DNA from: Vicugna vicugna
Taxonomy: Eukaryota
Length of the DNA: 64,000 bases
NCBI GenBank assembly: GCA_013265495.1
Contig: MU058844.1
Location: 4,269,535-4,333,534, forward strand
Direction: 5' to 3'
Shown one piece after another: positions 13,089-26,597 of the stretch. The stretch's first letter is position 1, and each line of letters opens with the position of its first letter. The notes under the pieces are model-generated. The model was not told the origin of the DNA and did no database searches. It saw only the letters and a program-made list of their open reading frames with translations. The translations under genes and the position numbers were made by a program.

Positions 13089-13397
13089 GTGCCCTAGTCA
13101 CAGCTAATCAAGTTACCTAATACTTAAGCGTCAAGCATAGTTGAAAAAGAATAAGCTTGCTATTCCTTTTTAAAAATAAATCAAGAGGTAGAGCCTCATG
13201 ATAGACTGTAATATAAAAATAATTACACTGCATTTAGAGTAAAACTTGCTGAAAGGCATCAACTATCTTTGTTTTTCAGTGATCATGTATCTCACCCATA
13301 GGGTCAAAAATGAACATACCAGGTAGAAAGATTAAAAATAAGAACTTTTTTTAAAAAAAATCATGATGAAAGCCAAGATACATGGTGTTAGTTGGTT

Positions 13398-13650
13398 TAA
13401 GGCATTATTTCTCAAGATACGATTTAAAGACAATCTGTACTCCCTGTGGTTATTAAATATGCAGATTCCTGGGCTTCACTCCAGACTAACTTTGGGAGAA
13501 AATGTGTGTGTGTTTATGTGTGTATTATATACATATACATATACATATATAAATACATATCTAGTATATTGCAACATATTAGATATGTATTATATTTAAT
13601 TAACAAGATCTCCAAGTAATTTTTATGCACACAAAATTTTGTGAACCCCT
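13398..13650. mobile_element. MER5-like hAT-Charlie MITE interrupted by a (TG/TA)n tract
   Basis: TTAAATATGCAGATTCCTGGGCTTCACTCCAGAC...CAAGATCTCCAAGTAATTTTTATGCACACAAAATTTTGTGAACC. Confidence 0.75.
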
Positions 13651-13989
13651 TAATTTAAGGATTTCAATAAGCTTCACATGCTGTTTTAAAATTTTTTTCT
13701 GATATGTTCTCTTTTTCTTATTCATTTTTGAATAACACCAAAAAGAGAAGACTAAAATATAGATACATGTTTACTTTTCATAATAGTAACTTCATAAACA
13801 TATATAAGCATATATCACAAATAAATATATACTATTTTTTCTGATGATTCTGCCTCGGCTCTAACTGTGCTATCTTGATTTTCGTACCATGAGAGCTGTT
13901 GGCTGGTAAACAGATCAGACAGAGGTGGGATGGAAGCTGGAGGTGAGATGAAGCAACCTCTTGGACAAAGTCAGAGCAGGAGGGTGAGG

Positions 13990-14137
13990 CCTGTGGACAC
14001 TCTTTAAATGTGGAAGCCTAGACTCCAGCCCTGACCTTTTAAATACAAATCTGACTGAAGTGTGGCTTAAAAAATCTCTGTTTTAGGAAAACTTCACAGT
14101 TCATCCTGATGCAGAGCCTTCATTAAAACACTATTAT
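13990..14137. mobile_element. degraded MER5-like MITE
   Basis: TTTAAATGTGGAAGCCTAGACTCCAGCCCTGACC...AATCTCTGTTTT...TCCTGATGCAGAG. Confidence 0.5.
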
Positions 14138-16049
14138 AGAAGGATATTGGAAGCAGAAAATTCTGATAGGGAATTTAGGCAAAAGACAGAGAATGAGGCT
14201 CTAGACAGATACTCAGTATCAGACTATGGTACAAAAGAGTGTATTGGTCAAAAGGAAAGATTTGGGATATAATCACATAAACAATCACAAATGCTAAGGC
14301 AATTTTGCTACTGAGAAATAAGAAAGTTTCCCTGCAAAGAGCAAGACCAGGGTCAGACTTGAGGATAGAAGTGAACCTCCGGATATGAGATAAACAGCCC
14401 TTGCTACAGGACTTGAAGGAGATTTGGGTATTAATCACAGAGTCAAAGAGACAATTTCAGTAACCCCTTCCTCTGAAATTCTTATTTCATTATAAAAAAC
14501 TCACTTTTTCATGAGCCTAAAAAATCATTAATGAGTTAAATTAACAGAAGATTGGAAAAGGATAAGCAGGTTTTTAATTATAGCCTTTATTTGTAAAATA
14601 CCCTCAATTTTAACCTGCTCTGAATCAGTATGCAAAACTTCAAAAGGAGCAAAACAACCAGCAGCTCTTCCTGGTGTACACTGCCACTAATTTACAAATT
14701 CTGGTCCCATCCATCTTCACACCTTACACTTGCTCTGTAGTTGACTCTAAATGGACGAATGATCAACAAATGTCTACTAGCTCAATATTTAGACAAGCAA
14801 ACCAAAAATAACCACCTTTAAGTTCACCAGTGTTTATAGTAAGTAAAGCAGCAAAGTATATAAAATAGGGCACTATAAGTTGCGTTAGTTTGTTTTTCCA
14901 GTAAAAAACACTTTACATTGACTGCAAAATGAAGTCTGCTTGCTTTCCTCTTGTATCTAGTGTGGATACCAGCTGGAGTTTGTTGACTGTTTCTCAGCCA
15001 AATCTGATAGAATCATTGTCCTTCGGATTTTATCTGCTCCTCAGAAAGAAGCCTAATGTTGCACGCGAATTGGGTGTTATTCTGACATGTGTCCATACCT
15101 CAACAGTACATGTCCCCTCCTTCATGGCAAAGAACATTTCCTATTTTTTTTTTGCATAAACCCAACAAGGAGGTGATTAAAAGTCAGTGTCACACCTAGA
15201 ATTCCATTTCCATATTTACTGCATAGCACTTTAGAGCGGTAAGGGTTTCACAGGCAAAACACACCAAGCCTAGTCACACAAAGGCACTGACAGTACACTG
15301 GGATGCGTTGGGAATCCTTTAGTTAGGAAGGAGCAGCAGAGTAGTGAAAGCAGGGCCATTTTCTGAATGCATCATCTATTTTATTCATTCATCTACACGC
15401 ACATGGAGCACCTGTTCATAAATATTATTTACACTTATTATCTCTCTATCTAAACAGTTAAAGAGTAAGAGCAGAATGACAAGGATGAACGCCCTTAACT
15501 TACGCTTTCAGTTAGTATTTTTTGAAAGAAAAAAAAAAAGGACATATGATCCCAATTATTCTCTATCAACTAAATGACAGTATTAAAACTCAGAAATGAA
15601 ATATTGAGTGTTTGTACTATACAAAGCCATGTCCTTGGCTATATGAGAGGCAGCTAAAGAAGAAAGGCAAACCTGAAAGGAAAGGTTAGAATTTAATTAC
15701 ATATTTTCTTGTCCTCCATGTGTTTCACATGTCATGTTATGTCACATGCATGTCCTGTTGCCTCAGAAAGTTTAGAAATTCAACTGTAGAGTAAGCCTTG
15801 AATGAATTACCAAATGTTTGCTTACAAAGAGAAGAAATTGTTATAATGAGCACTGCAGTGGCTTTTGAAAGCACGTCCCAAACGAATGGTGCAAACAAAA
15901 TATTTCACTTTCACTTACTTGAATTTAAAAATAGTACAATTAATAAGGTATATGTTTTAAGCACATTAACCATATGAAATGTGCAATGAAATGCTAATAA
16001 CCTTCTCTCCTCATCTCCAGTTCTCACTTCATGAGTTTAGGGTGTACCC

Positions 16050-16142
16050 ATTAGTGTGGGAAACTGCATATCACTGTAGCTTTAATTTGCATTTCCCTGA
16101 CCATTAAGAAGAATGATTTTTTTTAATGTTTATTGGTCACTC
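16050..16142 (-). mobile_element. old L1 fragment
   Basis: ATATCACTGTAGCTTTAATTTGCATTTCCCTGACCATTAA...GTTTATTGGTCACTC. Confidence 0.7.
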
Positions 16143-16514
16143 AAAATATGTTGACAAACTCTCAATTCAAAGTTACCGTATTCTGATTCTCCATTAAAAG
16201 GAAAAGCGAGAGATCCTAAAGTAATTGTATCAATAATTTCTAAGGGCTCAATAAAACCAACTTCAAGAATATTGAGTTAATATCCAAATTTAGTTATATA
16301 GACAGTTCTACTACTTATGATTACAGTTTGCTATAGAACTAGTATTTTTAGCATTTAAAAATAAAGTATAGGTGGTAAATTATCTATGTGTGCTTTGTAA
16401 CTGTTATTATCAGATGTCACAGTATCTAAAGTCTTAGATATATCATTAAAGGTCACTTGCTATATTATCAAAAATTAAATAAATTAATGCAAATTAAAAA
16501 ATAAAATTCAAGAA

Positions 16515-16712
16515 AACTGTTTCTTAAAGTATGATCCAAGAATCATCTGCATCAAATCAACTGGGGTGTGTCTTAAAGAGGTTGATTTCTGTTTCTCATC
16601 CCAAACTCATCAATAATCATTTTCTGGGAGACACCCTGGAATGTGTGTTTGAATGTGCATTTTAACAATCTCTCTACATTATTTTTATTTAACTAAAGTT
16701 TTAAAAATCATT
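16515..16712. mobile_element. MER5-like hAT MITE
   Basis: CTGTTTCTTAAAGTATGATCC...TCTGCATCAAATCAACTGGGG...TGCATTTTAACAATCTC...AAAGTTTTAAAAATCATT. Confidence 0.7.
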
Positions 16713-17024
16713 TGATTTGAGGTATTAAAACAATGTGATAGTTGAAATCTAACCAATTTTGCATAATTGAGACAAAACATATTCTAACATGAAAGTTAAT
16801 CTTGGAAATAAATTCCAAGATACTTCAAGAATAAGTGAAACTACTTTTTGCCACAAACACCAGTTTATTTCAGTATGTGTAGGCACTGATGGCTTTTCTT
16901 AGAGGATCAACCAAATAAATATTAAAGTGTTTTTTAAAAAATAGACTTAATATTATAAAATAATTACACAAAATATTTTCTCAATTTTCTAATTGTAAAT
17001 AACTATCAAAATATGTTATTCACT

Positions 17025-17242
17025 AGGAAAGCATAGTGAAAATTAAAGAGCATAGTCTTAACAAAGGACCAAGACTTAGATTTGTGTTCTGTTTGACTAT
17101 GTGAGGTACTGATCTTAGCTTCAGTTCTCAGACCTCAGTTAAATAATCTGTGAAGTGAGAATTAGTTTTCTTAATAATTGGATAACAGTCAGTGAAAAGC
17201 AATTTGTTCACTGTCAAGTGTTGATTACTATTATTATTTTAA
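17025..17242 (+). mobile_element. degraded MIR
   Basis: AGCATAGTG...TAAAGAGCATAG...CAGACCTCAGTT...ATCTGTGAAGTGAGAAT...TACTATTATT. Confidence 0.55.
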
Positions 17243-17282
17243 CAATTTAGTAAAACTCTTTAATAGGACTTTTACAAGAAAG

Positions 17283-20200
17283 TTCTTACCAAGACGGTGG
17301 AATAGGAGGTTCTGGACCTTATCTCCTCACAGAAACACCAATTTGGCAACCACTCATAGAAAAGAATATCTTAATGGGAGTCCCAGAGTCCAGCTGAGAG
17401 AGCACAGCTCAGGGCCAGGAGAGGCTCCCCTTGGCCCACAGTTTCTCCCAAGAGGAAGGTGAGAGCAAAGTCAGCACCAGGCTTCCCCAGGCTTGTGGGG
17501 TGCTGCCCAGGAGGTTCACCTCTGTCCCATTACACATCCAACATGGAGGGGTTGGGCTTAGCTGAATTATCTGGGGCACTTCCACAGATGGCTCTGCAAG
17601 TCCCTGCAAACAGCACATGGATCTCAGTATCAGCTGCAGATTTTACAGCCAACTTGACTGCAGGATAGGGAAAAGGTGTACAGCCTTGAACACTTCAGGG
17701 CATGGCCCTAGGGAAAATAAAGGGAGGCTCTCAGCACCTGGTCTGAATTTGGAGGATGGAAAGAAGGCTTAGAATTCTAAGGCATCCCGCTTCCTCAAGA
17801 GGGAACAAAAGAAGTGAGCACATTCATGTAGAAGTCTGAGAGATCTCCAGAATCTCTAGCTGGGCTAACTAGTGAAGGGCTTTCTCTGCCAGAGCCAGTT
17901 AATAAAGACTGGAGGAGGTGATCGCTTTTTCAAATGTGAAAATAGCAATGCAAGGCTTCAGGGAACACAGAGGATAGAACAATATTTTTTTTAAATTTTT
18001 ACTTTCAATACAAAACAATCTCTTCCCTTTTCATAACAAAATTAATAAACAAATATGGACAGGAGAGAAAAACTGACACTGGAAAAAATACATGCCATCA
18101 ACAGGCATCTCAGGTAATATCACCACCAACATCCATGCGCAAGGCATTAACATCAGGTAGACGATTCTCGTAATCAGAACTACATCATGAATAAATATGC
18201 TTTTTATCTCATATAAAAAGATAAAGAAGTTAATCAAAGCATTATCACAAAAAATCATCAAGTCACAAAGGAAGATAGCAAGAGAGGAAGAAAACAATTA
18301 ATAAATGGCAATATTGAGTCCTTAGCTATCATTAACTACTTTATAGGCAAATAAATTAAATTCATTAATTAAAAAAACAGAGTAGCTAAATGTATGGAAA
18401 AACATTTAGCTACATACTGCCTAGAAGAGACTCACTTTAGCTTTTAGGACATACATAGGCTGAAGGTAAAGGGATGGAAAAAGATAGTCCATATAAACAG
18501 ACATCAAGAGAACAGAAATGGCTATACTGGTATTAGACAAAATAGTCTAAGTCAAAAAGTATCACCAGAGACAAAGAAGAGGTCATTTATATATCATTTA
18601 TATAATGATAAAGGGGTCAATTTCTCAAGGAGCTACAACAATTATAAATAATATGAATTCAATAACCATGCATCTGAATATATAAAGCAAATATTAACCA
18701 AACTGCAGGGGACTTCAATCCCCCCACTTCTAACACTGGATAGGTCACCCAGATGAAAAATAAATACGGAAACAATAGATCTGAACAACATTATAGATCA
18801 AACAGACCTAAATTTGTAGACAGAACTCTGCACCCAACAGCAGCAAAATACACATTCTGCAAGCACATGTGAAACATTCTCCAAGATAAATCATATGCTA
18901 GAAAAAAAACTAATTGTAACAAACAAAATTAAGAAGATTGCAATCATATCAATAATGTTTTTGACCACAGTATTATGAAATTAGAAATCAATAATAGGAG
19001 AAACATTTAAAAATTCATAAAAATATGGAAATTAAACAACATACTCCTGAAAAACCAATGGGTCAAAGAAGAAATCAAAAGGAGAATTTAAAAAATATCT
19101 GGAGACAAACAAAAAAGGAACAATATACAGAAAAATTATAAGACAGGCAAAAGCAGTTCTAAAAGGGAAGTTTATAGCAATAAATACCTATAATAAGAAG
19201 ACAGGAAAATCTCAACTAAACAACCTAACTTTACACCTCAAGGAACTAGAAATAGAAGAACTACCTAAGCCCAAAGTTGGCCAAAGGAAGAAAAAAAATA
19301 AAGATTAGAGCAGAAATAAATGAAATACAGACCATAATAATAATAGACGAGATCAAAAAAAATTGACAAAACTTTAGAGGGACTAACTAAAATAAAGAGA
19401 GGAGACTAAAATAAAACTACAAATGAAAGAGGAAACAATAAAACTGATACTACAGAAATACAAAAGATGAGACTCTACTGTGAATGATTATTTGACAAAA
19501 AACTTGAACAACCCAGAAGAAGGGGATAAATTCTTAGGAAGATACAACCTACCAAGACTGAATCATGAAAAAATGGAAAATTTGAACAGACCAATAACAA
19601 ATAAGAAGAATGAATCAGTAATCAAAAACCTCTCAACCAAGAAAATCTCAGGAGCAAATGGCTTCAGAAGCGAATTCTACCAAACTCTTAAAGAAAAATA
19701 AATACCAATTCATTTCAAACTCTTCAAAAAATCTGAAGAGAAAGGAACACTTTCATATTCATTTTACAAGACCCTGATACCAAAGCCAAACAAGGATACT
19801 ACAAAGAAATAAAATTACGGGCCATAATACCTGATGGACATAGTTTCAAAAATTGTCAACTAAATACTAGGAAATAGAATTCAACAGTGTATCACAAAAA
19901 CCGTACACCATGGTTAAGTGGGATTTTATCTTAGGGATTGGTTCAACATACACAAATACTGTGATTCACCACATTAACAAAATAAAGAATAAAAATCATG
20001 TAATCATCTCAATATATGTAGTAAAAGTGTTTGACAAAACTGAACACCTGCTCATGACAAAAACTATCAATAAAGTAGGTATAGAGGAAACATACCTTAA
20101 CATAACAAAGGTTTGTTTGTCATATATGACAAGCTCACAGGTAACATCATATTCAATGGTGAAAAGCTGAAAGGTTTTTCTCTGAAATCAAGAATAAGAC

Positions 20201-22340
20201 AAGGATATCAACTTTTACCACTTCTATTCAATCTAGTATTAGCCAGAGCAATTAGGCAAGAAAAAGAAATGGAAAGTGTCCAAATTGGAGAGGAAGGACT
20301 AAAACTGTCTCTGTTTACAGATGACTTGATATTGCATAGAGAAAATCCCAAAGATGTCACCCAAAACCTGCTAGAACTAGTAAATGAATTCAGTAAAGTT
20401 GCAGCATACAAAATCAATATATAAAAATCAGTTCCATTTCTACACACTAGCAATGAACTATCAGGAAGAGAAATTAAGAAAACAATCTTATTTACAACTG
20501 CATCAAAAAGAATAAAATACTTAGGAATAAATTTAAGCAAGGAGGTGAAAGATCTGTACAGTGGAAACTATGAGACACTGATGAAGATACAAACAAATGG
20601 AAAAATATCCCATGTTCAGGGACTGAAAGAATATTGTTGAAATGTCCATACTACCCAAAGTGATCTACAGTTTCAATGCAATCTCTATCAAAATTTCAAT
20701 GGCATTTTTCATAGAATGAGAAATAATCCTAACCAAACACATCAAAACCACAGAAGATACCAAACTATCAAAGCAATCCTGGAGGCATCATGCTTCCCGA
20801 CTTCAAACTGAGTTACAAAGTTATAATAATCAAAACAGTATTGTACTGAGATAAAAACAGACTCACAGATCAGTGGAACAGAATCAAGATCCCAGAACTA
20901 AGCCCACACATACACAGTCAACTAATATTTGACCAGGGAGCCAAGAATATTCAATGGGTAAACAACAGTCTCTTTAATAAGTGGTATTGGGAGAACTGGA
21001 CAATCACATGCAAGAGAATGAAAGTGGACCCTTCTCTTACACCACTCACAAAAATGAACCCAAAGTAGATTAAAGTCTTAAATATAAGACTTGACACCAT
21101 AAAACTCCTAGAAGAAAACTTAAGGAAGAAGCTCCTTGGCATTGGTCTGACAATGATTTTTTGAATATGATACCAAAGCATGAGCAACAAAAGCAAAAAT
21201 TAACAAGTTGGACTAGGTCAAACTAGAAAGTTTCTGCAAAAAGAAACCATAAAAAAAAATGAATAGTCAACTTATTGAATGAGAGAAGATATTTGTAAAC
21301 CATATATCTGATAAGGGGTTAATACCCAAAATGTAAGAAACTAATACAACTCAATAGCAAAAAACCCAAATAATCCTGTTAAGAAATGGGCAAGAGACCC
21401 AAATAGACATTTTCCCAAAGAAGACACACAAATGGTCAACAGCTACATGAAAAGATGCCCAACATTACTAATCATTAGGGAAATGCAAACCCAAACCGCA
21501 ATGAGATACCATATCACACCTGTTAGTACAGCTATTATCAAAAACACAGGAGATAACAAGAGTTAGCAAGAGTGTGGAGAAAAGGGAAAACTTGTGTGCT
21601 GTTGGTGGGATAAATTAGTGCAGCCACTCTGGGAAAGTTTGGAGGCTTCCTAAACTTTGTAAAAATAGAACATATAACACAGAATCCTATTTCTGGGTAT
21701 AGACGCAAACGAAATGCAGTCACTATCTCTAAGTGATTTGTGTACTTCCATGTTTATTTCAGCTTTATTCACAACAGCTAAGACACAGTAACAACCTAAG
21801 TGTCCATTGGTGGATAAATGGAAAAAGAATATGTGGTATACACATAAAATGGGATATTATTCAGGCATGAGAAAGAAGGAAATACTGACATTGGTGACAA
21901 TATGGATGAACCTTGCGGGCATTAAGTGAAATAAGTCAGAAAGAAAGACAAATACTGTTATGATCTCACTTATATGAGGAATCTAAGAAAGCTAAACTGA
22001 TAGGAACAGAGAGTAGAATGGTGGCTGCCAGATTTTGGGCAGGGGAAAGGAGGAGATGTTGGTCAAAGGGTACAAACTTCCAGTTGTAAGATAAGTAAGT
22101 TCTAGGAATCTAATACAGCAAGGTGATTATAATTAACAATACTGTTTTGCATACTTGAATGTTGCTATGAGAATAGGTCTTAAATGTTCTCACCACATAC
22201 ACAAAAAGGTGAAGGACGTGTTAATTTTCACATCTGGTAATCATTTCACAAAATATATGTGAAATAAATCATGTTGTACACTATAAATTTAAACAACATC
22301 ATATGTCATATATATATATCTCAATAAAGCTAGGAAAAAG
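17283..22340 (+). mobile_element. near full-length dead L1 (L1MA-like): 5' UTR, ORF1 missing, spacer, disrupted ORF2, 3' UTR
   Basis: 5' end CCAAGACGGTGGAATAGGAGG; spacer AATCATCAAGTCACAAAGGAAGATAGCAAGAGAGG; ORF2 start ATG at 18305; ORF fragments EEGDKFLGRYNLPRLNHE and RT region [15 protein letters not shown]...[10 protein letters not shown]; ends ATATCTCAATAAAGCTAGGAAAAAG. Confidence 0.92.
17985..18212 (-). other. unidentified non-L1 insert with T-tract at left end (possible antisense retrocopied 3' UTR)
   Basis: T8 at 17985-17992, then about 220 bp unlike L1, located where ORF1 should be; the minus strand ends ...GTATTGAAAGTAAAAATTTAAAAAAAA. Confidence 0.5.
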
Positions 22341-22569
22341 ACATAGATTTACCCCCCAAAATTCAATACCTTAAAGTTCATGAATTATATATAAATATTT
22401 GAAGCAAAATTTTCATATATACATAAGTAATTTGCTTTTGTGAGTTCTTAATATCTAGGACAGAAAGTAGAAACTGGGGAGCCCACTTGCATTTATGCTA
22501 AGAGAGTAGGTTGATGTATGTTATTGTCGATAAAAACTGCTTCATTTCTACTTTCAAAATCACTAAAAC

Positions 22570-23345
22570 ATCTCAGTTTCTGACCACAACCTCCAATCTT
22601 TTGGGCTTACTGGTCCAATTCTCCACCATGACTTCAGTGGCACAAAGCTATGGGTCTTCCATATTTTCTTCCTATCTATAAATGCCTTCCAGAATTCACT
22701 CATCCCCCTATCAAGTTTAGATACCATAGTTTACCATCTCAATGATTGTATTTCCGATCCTTTTATCTTTTTTGTTCCTCTGTTTCTTTTTACTACATCT
22801 ATTGGCAAACTTTATTTTTATTTCTGCATGAAATGATATATCCACCTTATCTGTGCTTGAAGCCAGGCAACTGGGTGCTGCTAAAGCAAATCATACAAAG
22901 GATGAATTGTTATTTTTATAAAGTAATGGTCATGTGCCTCAACTGTATGTTGAATACTGTCAAGCAATTCTACTGCAGGATTTCACTGAAGTCCCAGTCC
23001 CCCGCCACATACACATTCGCTTTTCATACCTTCTTTACTCTCCTCAGTCCGTAACAACTCCACCCTCATCCCCTCATTCTCAGCAAACATTCTCACCTCC
23101 TACTGCAGAGAAAAATGTCAATGGACTGAAATTACCTTAACTTTCAATTGGCAAACACCCAAATCTATTAGCTAATCTGTACTCCTATACCCTCCTGTTG
23201 CAGTAGTTAGGTACCTTTATCCTCCCTTTTAGAGATGAACTGCCTTTTTAGATTCTAGATTCTACACTCTGCCCTCCTTTCAGAAGACTTGCCCCTTTAA
23301 GTACTCCTTCTCACTTACATTTCTTCAACCTCTCCTGCCCTGCCA
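22570..23345 (+). mobile_element. L2 internal (ORF2-region) fragment
   Basis: Pyrimidine-rich L2-like motifs: TTTCTGACCACAACCTCC, CCAGGCAACTGGGTGCTGCTAAAGCAAATCATACAA, CTCAACTGTATGTTGAATACTGTCAAGCAATTCTAC. Confidence 0.7.
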
Positions 23346-23741
23346 GATAGAAGCAATACAAATTTAAAGAGGTTTCAATATAACTGTTAACATTGGAGAG
23401 CTCATAAACACCAAGATTCTCAGTAGCATTAAGACCAAATTTCCTTTATTGCTTCTCTGTGTACATTAATTAAAAACTTGAATTACTCTGATAACTGTCT
23501 TTTTTTCATAACAAAAATACCTGAAGAAATATTTGAATACAACTCAGGATAATGGAAATCAGAAGCAATGACTTTAGTGTAGGTCACATAGCAATGAGGT
23601 AACATTTGAATCTTAAAATTGAGATCTCATGGGATAACCGACAGAAAAATTTTTACTTGTGGGAAAATACATAAATATGCACATACACAGAAGTGTCTAC
23701 TCGTACTGAATGTGTGCTCTTTTCCAGAAGATTCATATAAA

Positions 23742-23970
23742 ATGGTAATAAAGAGCCCAAGTTTTGGTGTCACGAAGATCTAGATTTGAAATCCCATGTT
23801 CCATTTACTAATGGTAATACCTTAGACAATTTTCATTTTAATTTCCCCAAGAATCATCTACCTTGTGCAAATGAAGAACAGTAAGTTGTGTAAATGGAGT
23901 TGTTGAGAGACTTAAGAGTGTATGTAAATCACTTGATATGGTCCCTGGCACAGAGTTCATAATAATGGGC
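23742..23970 (+). mobile_element. MIR SINE
   Basis: GATCTAGATTTGAAATCCCATGTTCCATTTACTA...GTTGTTGAGAGACTTAA...GTATGTAAATCACTTG...CCTGGCACAGAG. Confidence 0.7.
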
Positions 23971-24074
23971 TTTATCAGCACCAGCAGCAAAAGCAGCTGA
24001 TGTTATCTCTGAATCTGCTTTAGTTTTGATCTTATTTCATTTCTCAAGCATCTTCCTACCCCACCTCTGTATCA

Positions 24075-24195
24075 GAGATTACCATCCCCATTTTAGATGA
24101 AGAAACTGAGGCTTAAGGTAATCCAGCTAATAATTAGAAAACAGGGGAGTTGGACCCATGTGTGTCTGGCTACAGAGCCCTTGCTCTGGCCATAG
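24075..24195 (-). mobile_element. MIR fragment
   Basis: ATCCCCATTTTAGATGAAGAAACTGAGGCTTA...TGTCTGGCTACAGAGCCCTTGCTCT. Confidence 0.75.
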
Positions 24196-25496
24196 TACTG
24201 TGCATGTACAGCGTAATTTGTCCTCATATAGGGAACTGACTTTTTTACAGAACAACTTGCACCTATACTCACACAAATTCCCAGATCTACTGGACTCATT
24301 TGGACAAAAGAAGAATTTTATGTGCCAATGGAATAGAGAATTGGGGCCAGGGAGATGTATGTGTCAAGATACATGCACCAGTACCTCAATAAGAAGTAAG
24401 CTATTGATACACATATACATATATGAATATATGTATACACATATCTGTGGCATTAAGTCCATATTAAAGTATATTTCTTAGAGTTAATAATGCACAATTC
24501 AAACCCAACAATTGCCAGGTAAAATTATAAAAGTAGAGGGAAAGACTTATTACTTTGAATTCATTGCTTTCTGGTAATCTTTTTTTGAAGTTCTCATTTT
24601 TAATAGTTTTTAGTCTGTGCAATCTTAGATTTTCCCAGAGAATTCATCTGTAGTATAAGGATATTCTGCTTTGTTGAAAAAATAAAAGAACTTATATAAT
24701 TGTGGTATCGTTTACATAACTGGAGTTGCTGGAGCTTGCTTCCAACACAGGGCAAAGTCTCAAGAAAGTCTTTTGAAATGTAGAGCAGACAGAATTATCA
24801 ATAAAGAAACAAAGCTGTGCCTACAATATCTTCCTGCCAGGGGAGAGTCTGGATGATTACACTTCTGAGCTATACAGATTCAGATCTACAGTATTTAATG
24901 CCACTTAAAATTGTAACCACAAGTTACTGCATGTATAACTTTGTTGTCACCAGTCCAAAAGCAGTTAATTTTTTCCAAGGTAATATATATATATGTTTTC
25001 ATCTATACATTCATCCCATACAAGCTGGAATAGTAGTGGATAAATAAGAAATAAAAATTACTTATGTTCATTTCTCGGCAGTCTGTTTAAACATGTGAGT
25101 TTCGGCAGTACACTGGTTTAATAAAAATTTCAATGCATGATTTTTTTTTTCTGTGGTAAGGCAAACTCTTTGAAACAATACAGAGAATGGAGGCACAAGT
25201 AGACAAAACAAAGTCTTTTGCTAAGCAAAGCCAGCTCTACTCTTGCACTGCAACTGGTAAACATACAGCAAGGAAGAGCATCTTTCATCCCACCTGAAGG
25301 TATTCTTAATTACATGTTAAAGTTCTCTGCATATTTCATCACTTTGGTACTTGCCCAGAGACCTATAAATTCATTGGGAAGTAACATTTTGCCAATCCAA
25401 TGTAGAAAACCAAGACATGTTACATCAAATCAAAAATCTGTCTTGCAGCAATCTGTTTTGGAAAGGGAAGGTTCTAAGCTTTCATTGTTCCCCCTC

Positions 25497-26436
25497 ACCA
25501 ATTTTACTGAGAAATAATTTACATATAATATACCACTGTGTATGTTTAAGGTATAGTGTGATGGTTTGATTTACATATACTGTGAAATTATTATTGCAAA
25601 GCTAACATTCATCATCTTATATAAAGAAAAGAAATAAAAAAATCTTCCTTCTTATGATGAGAACTCTTAGGATTTACTCCCTTAATAACTTCCCTATATA
25701 TCATACAACAGTGTTAACTATAATCATCATGTTGTACATTATATTCCGAGTACTTATTTATCCTACAATTGGAAATTTGTAACTTTTGGCCACCTTTCTC
25801 CAGTTTCTCTTCTGCCCACCCTCTGCCTCTGATAACCACAGTTCTGGATCTCTTTCTATGAGTTTGTTTTTTTTTTTGGTTTATTGGTTTTTTAGATTCC
25901 ATATACAAGTGAGGTCATGAAGTATTTGTCTTTCTCTGTCTTACTTATTTCACTTAGCATAATGTATTCAAGGCACATCCATGTTGTTGCAAATGGTAGG
26001 ATTTCCTTATTTTTTATGGCTGCATAATATTTTGATGTGTATAAATATACCACAACTTCTTTATCCATTCCTCCATCAATGCACACACGTTTCCATGTCT
26101 TGGCTACTGTAAATAAAGATGGGAGTGCAGATATCTTTTCGAGTCAATGTTTTCATCTCCTTTAGATATATTCCCAGAAGTAGAATTGCTAAATCATACG
26201 GTAGTTATATTTTTCATTTTTGAGGATCTTCTGTACTGGTTTCAATAGTGGCTGTTCCAGTTTACAATCCCAACAACAGTGAATCAGGGTTCCCTTTTCT
26301 TCACGTTCTCACCAGCATTTGTTATCTCTAGTTTTTGATGACGGCTGTTCTAACAAGTGTGAGGTAATATCACATTGTGGTTTTAATTTGCATTTCCCCA
26401 ATGACTGGTGATGTTGAGCATCTTTTCATGTACCTC
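25497..26436 (-). mobile_element. L1 3' end (ORF2 C-terminus + 3' UTR)
   Basis: Minus-strand ORFs read YYAAIKNKEILPFATTWMCLEYIMLSEISKTEKDKY and RYMKRCSTSPVIGEMQIKTTM, which match the L1 ORF2 C-terminus. Confidence 0.92.
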
Positions 26437-26597
26437 CAACCTCCTATATTAGAATGCTCAACCATCCTCTGACTTGCTGTGGAAAAGCATGTATGGCAAA
26501 ATGTATAATGCAGGCTTCTGAGATTTATGAGACTATGCAGTTTTTGTATATGCATAAAGACATTTATCTTGCTATTTCGATGCTCTTTGCACTAAGA

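Noticed and set aside
19480..20424. ORFs with reverse-transcriptase-like peptides ([10 protein letters not shown])
   Set aside because: Fragments of a dead L1 ORF2 with many stops and frameshifts; not a gene or a novel RT system.
23742..24195. Oppositely oriented MIR pair as a dsRNA or hairpin source
   Set aside because: The copies are too diverged from each other to pair over a long stretch.
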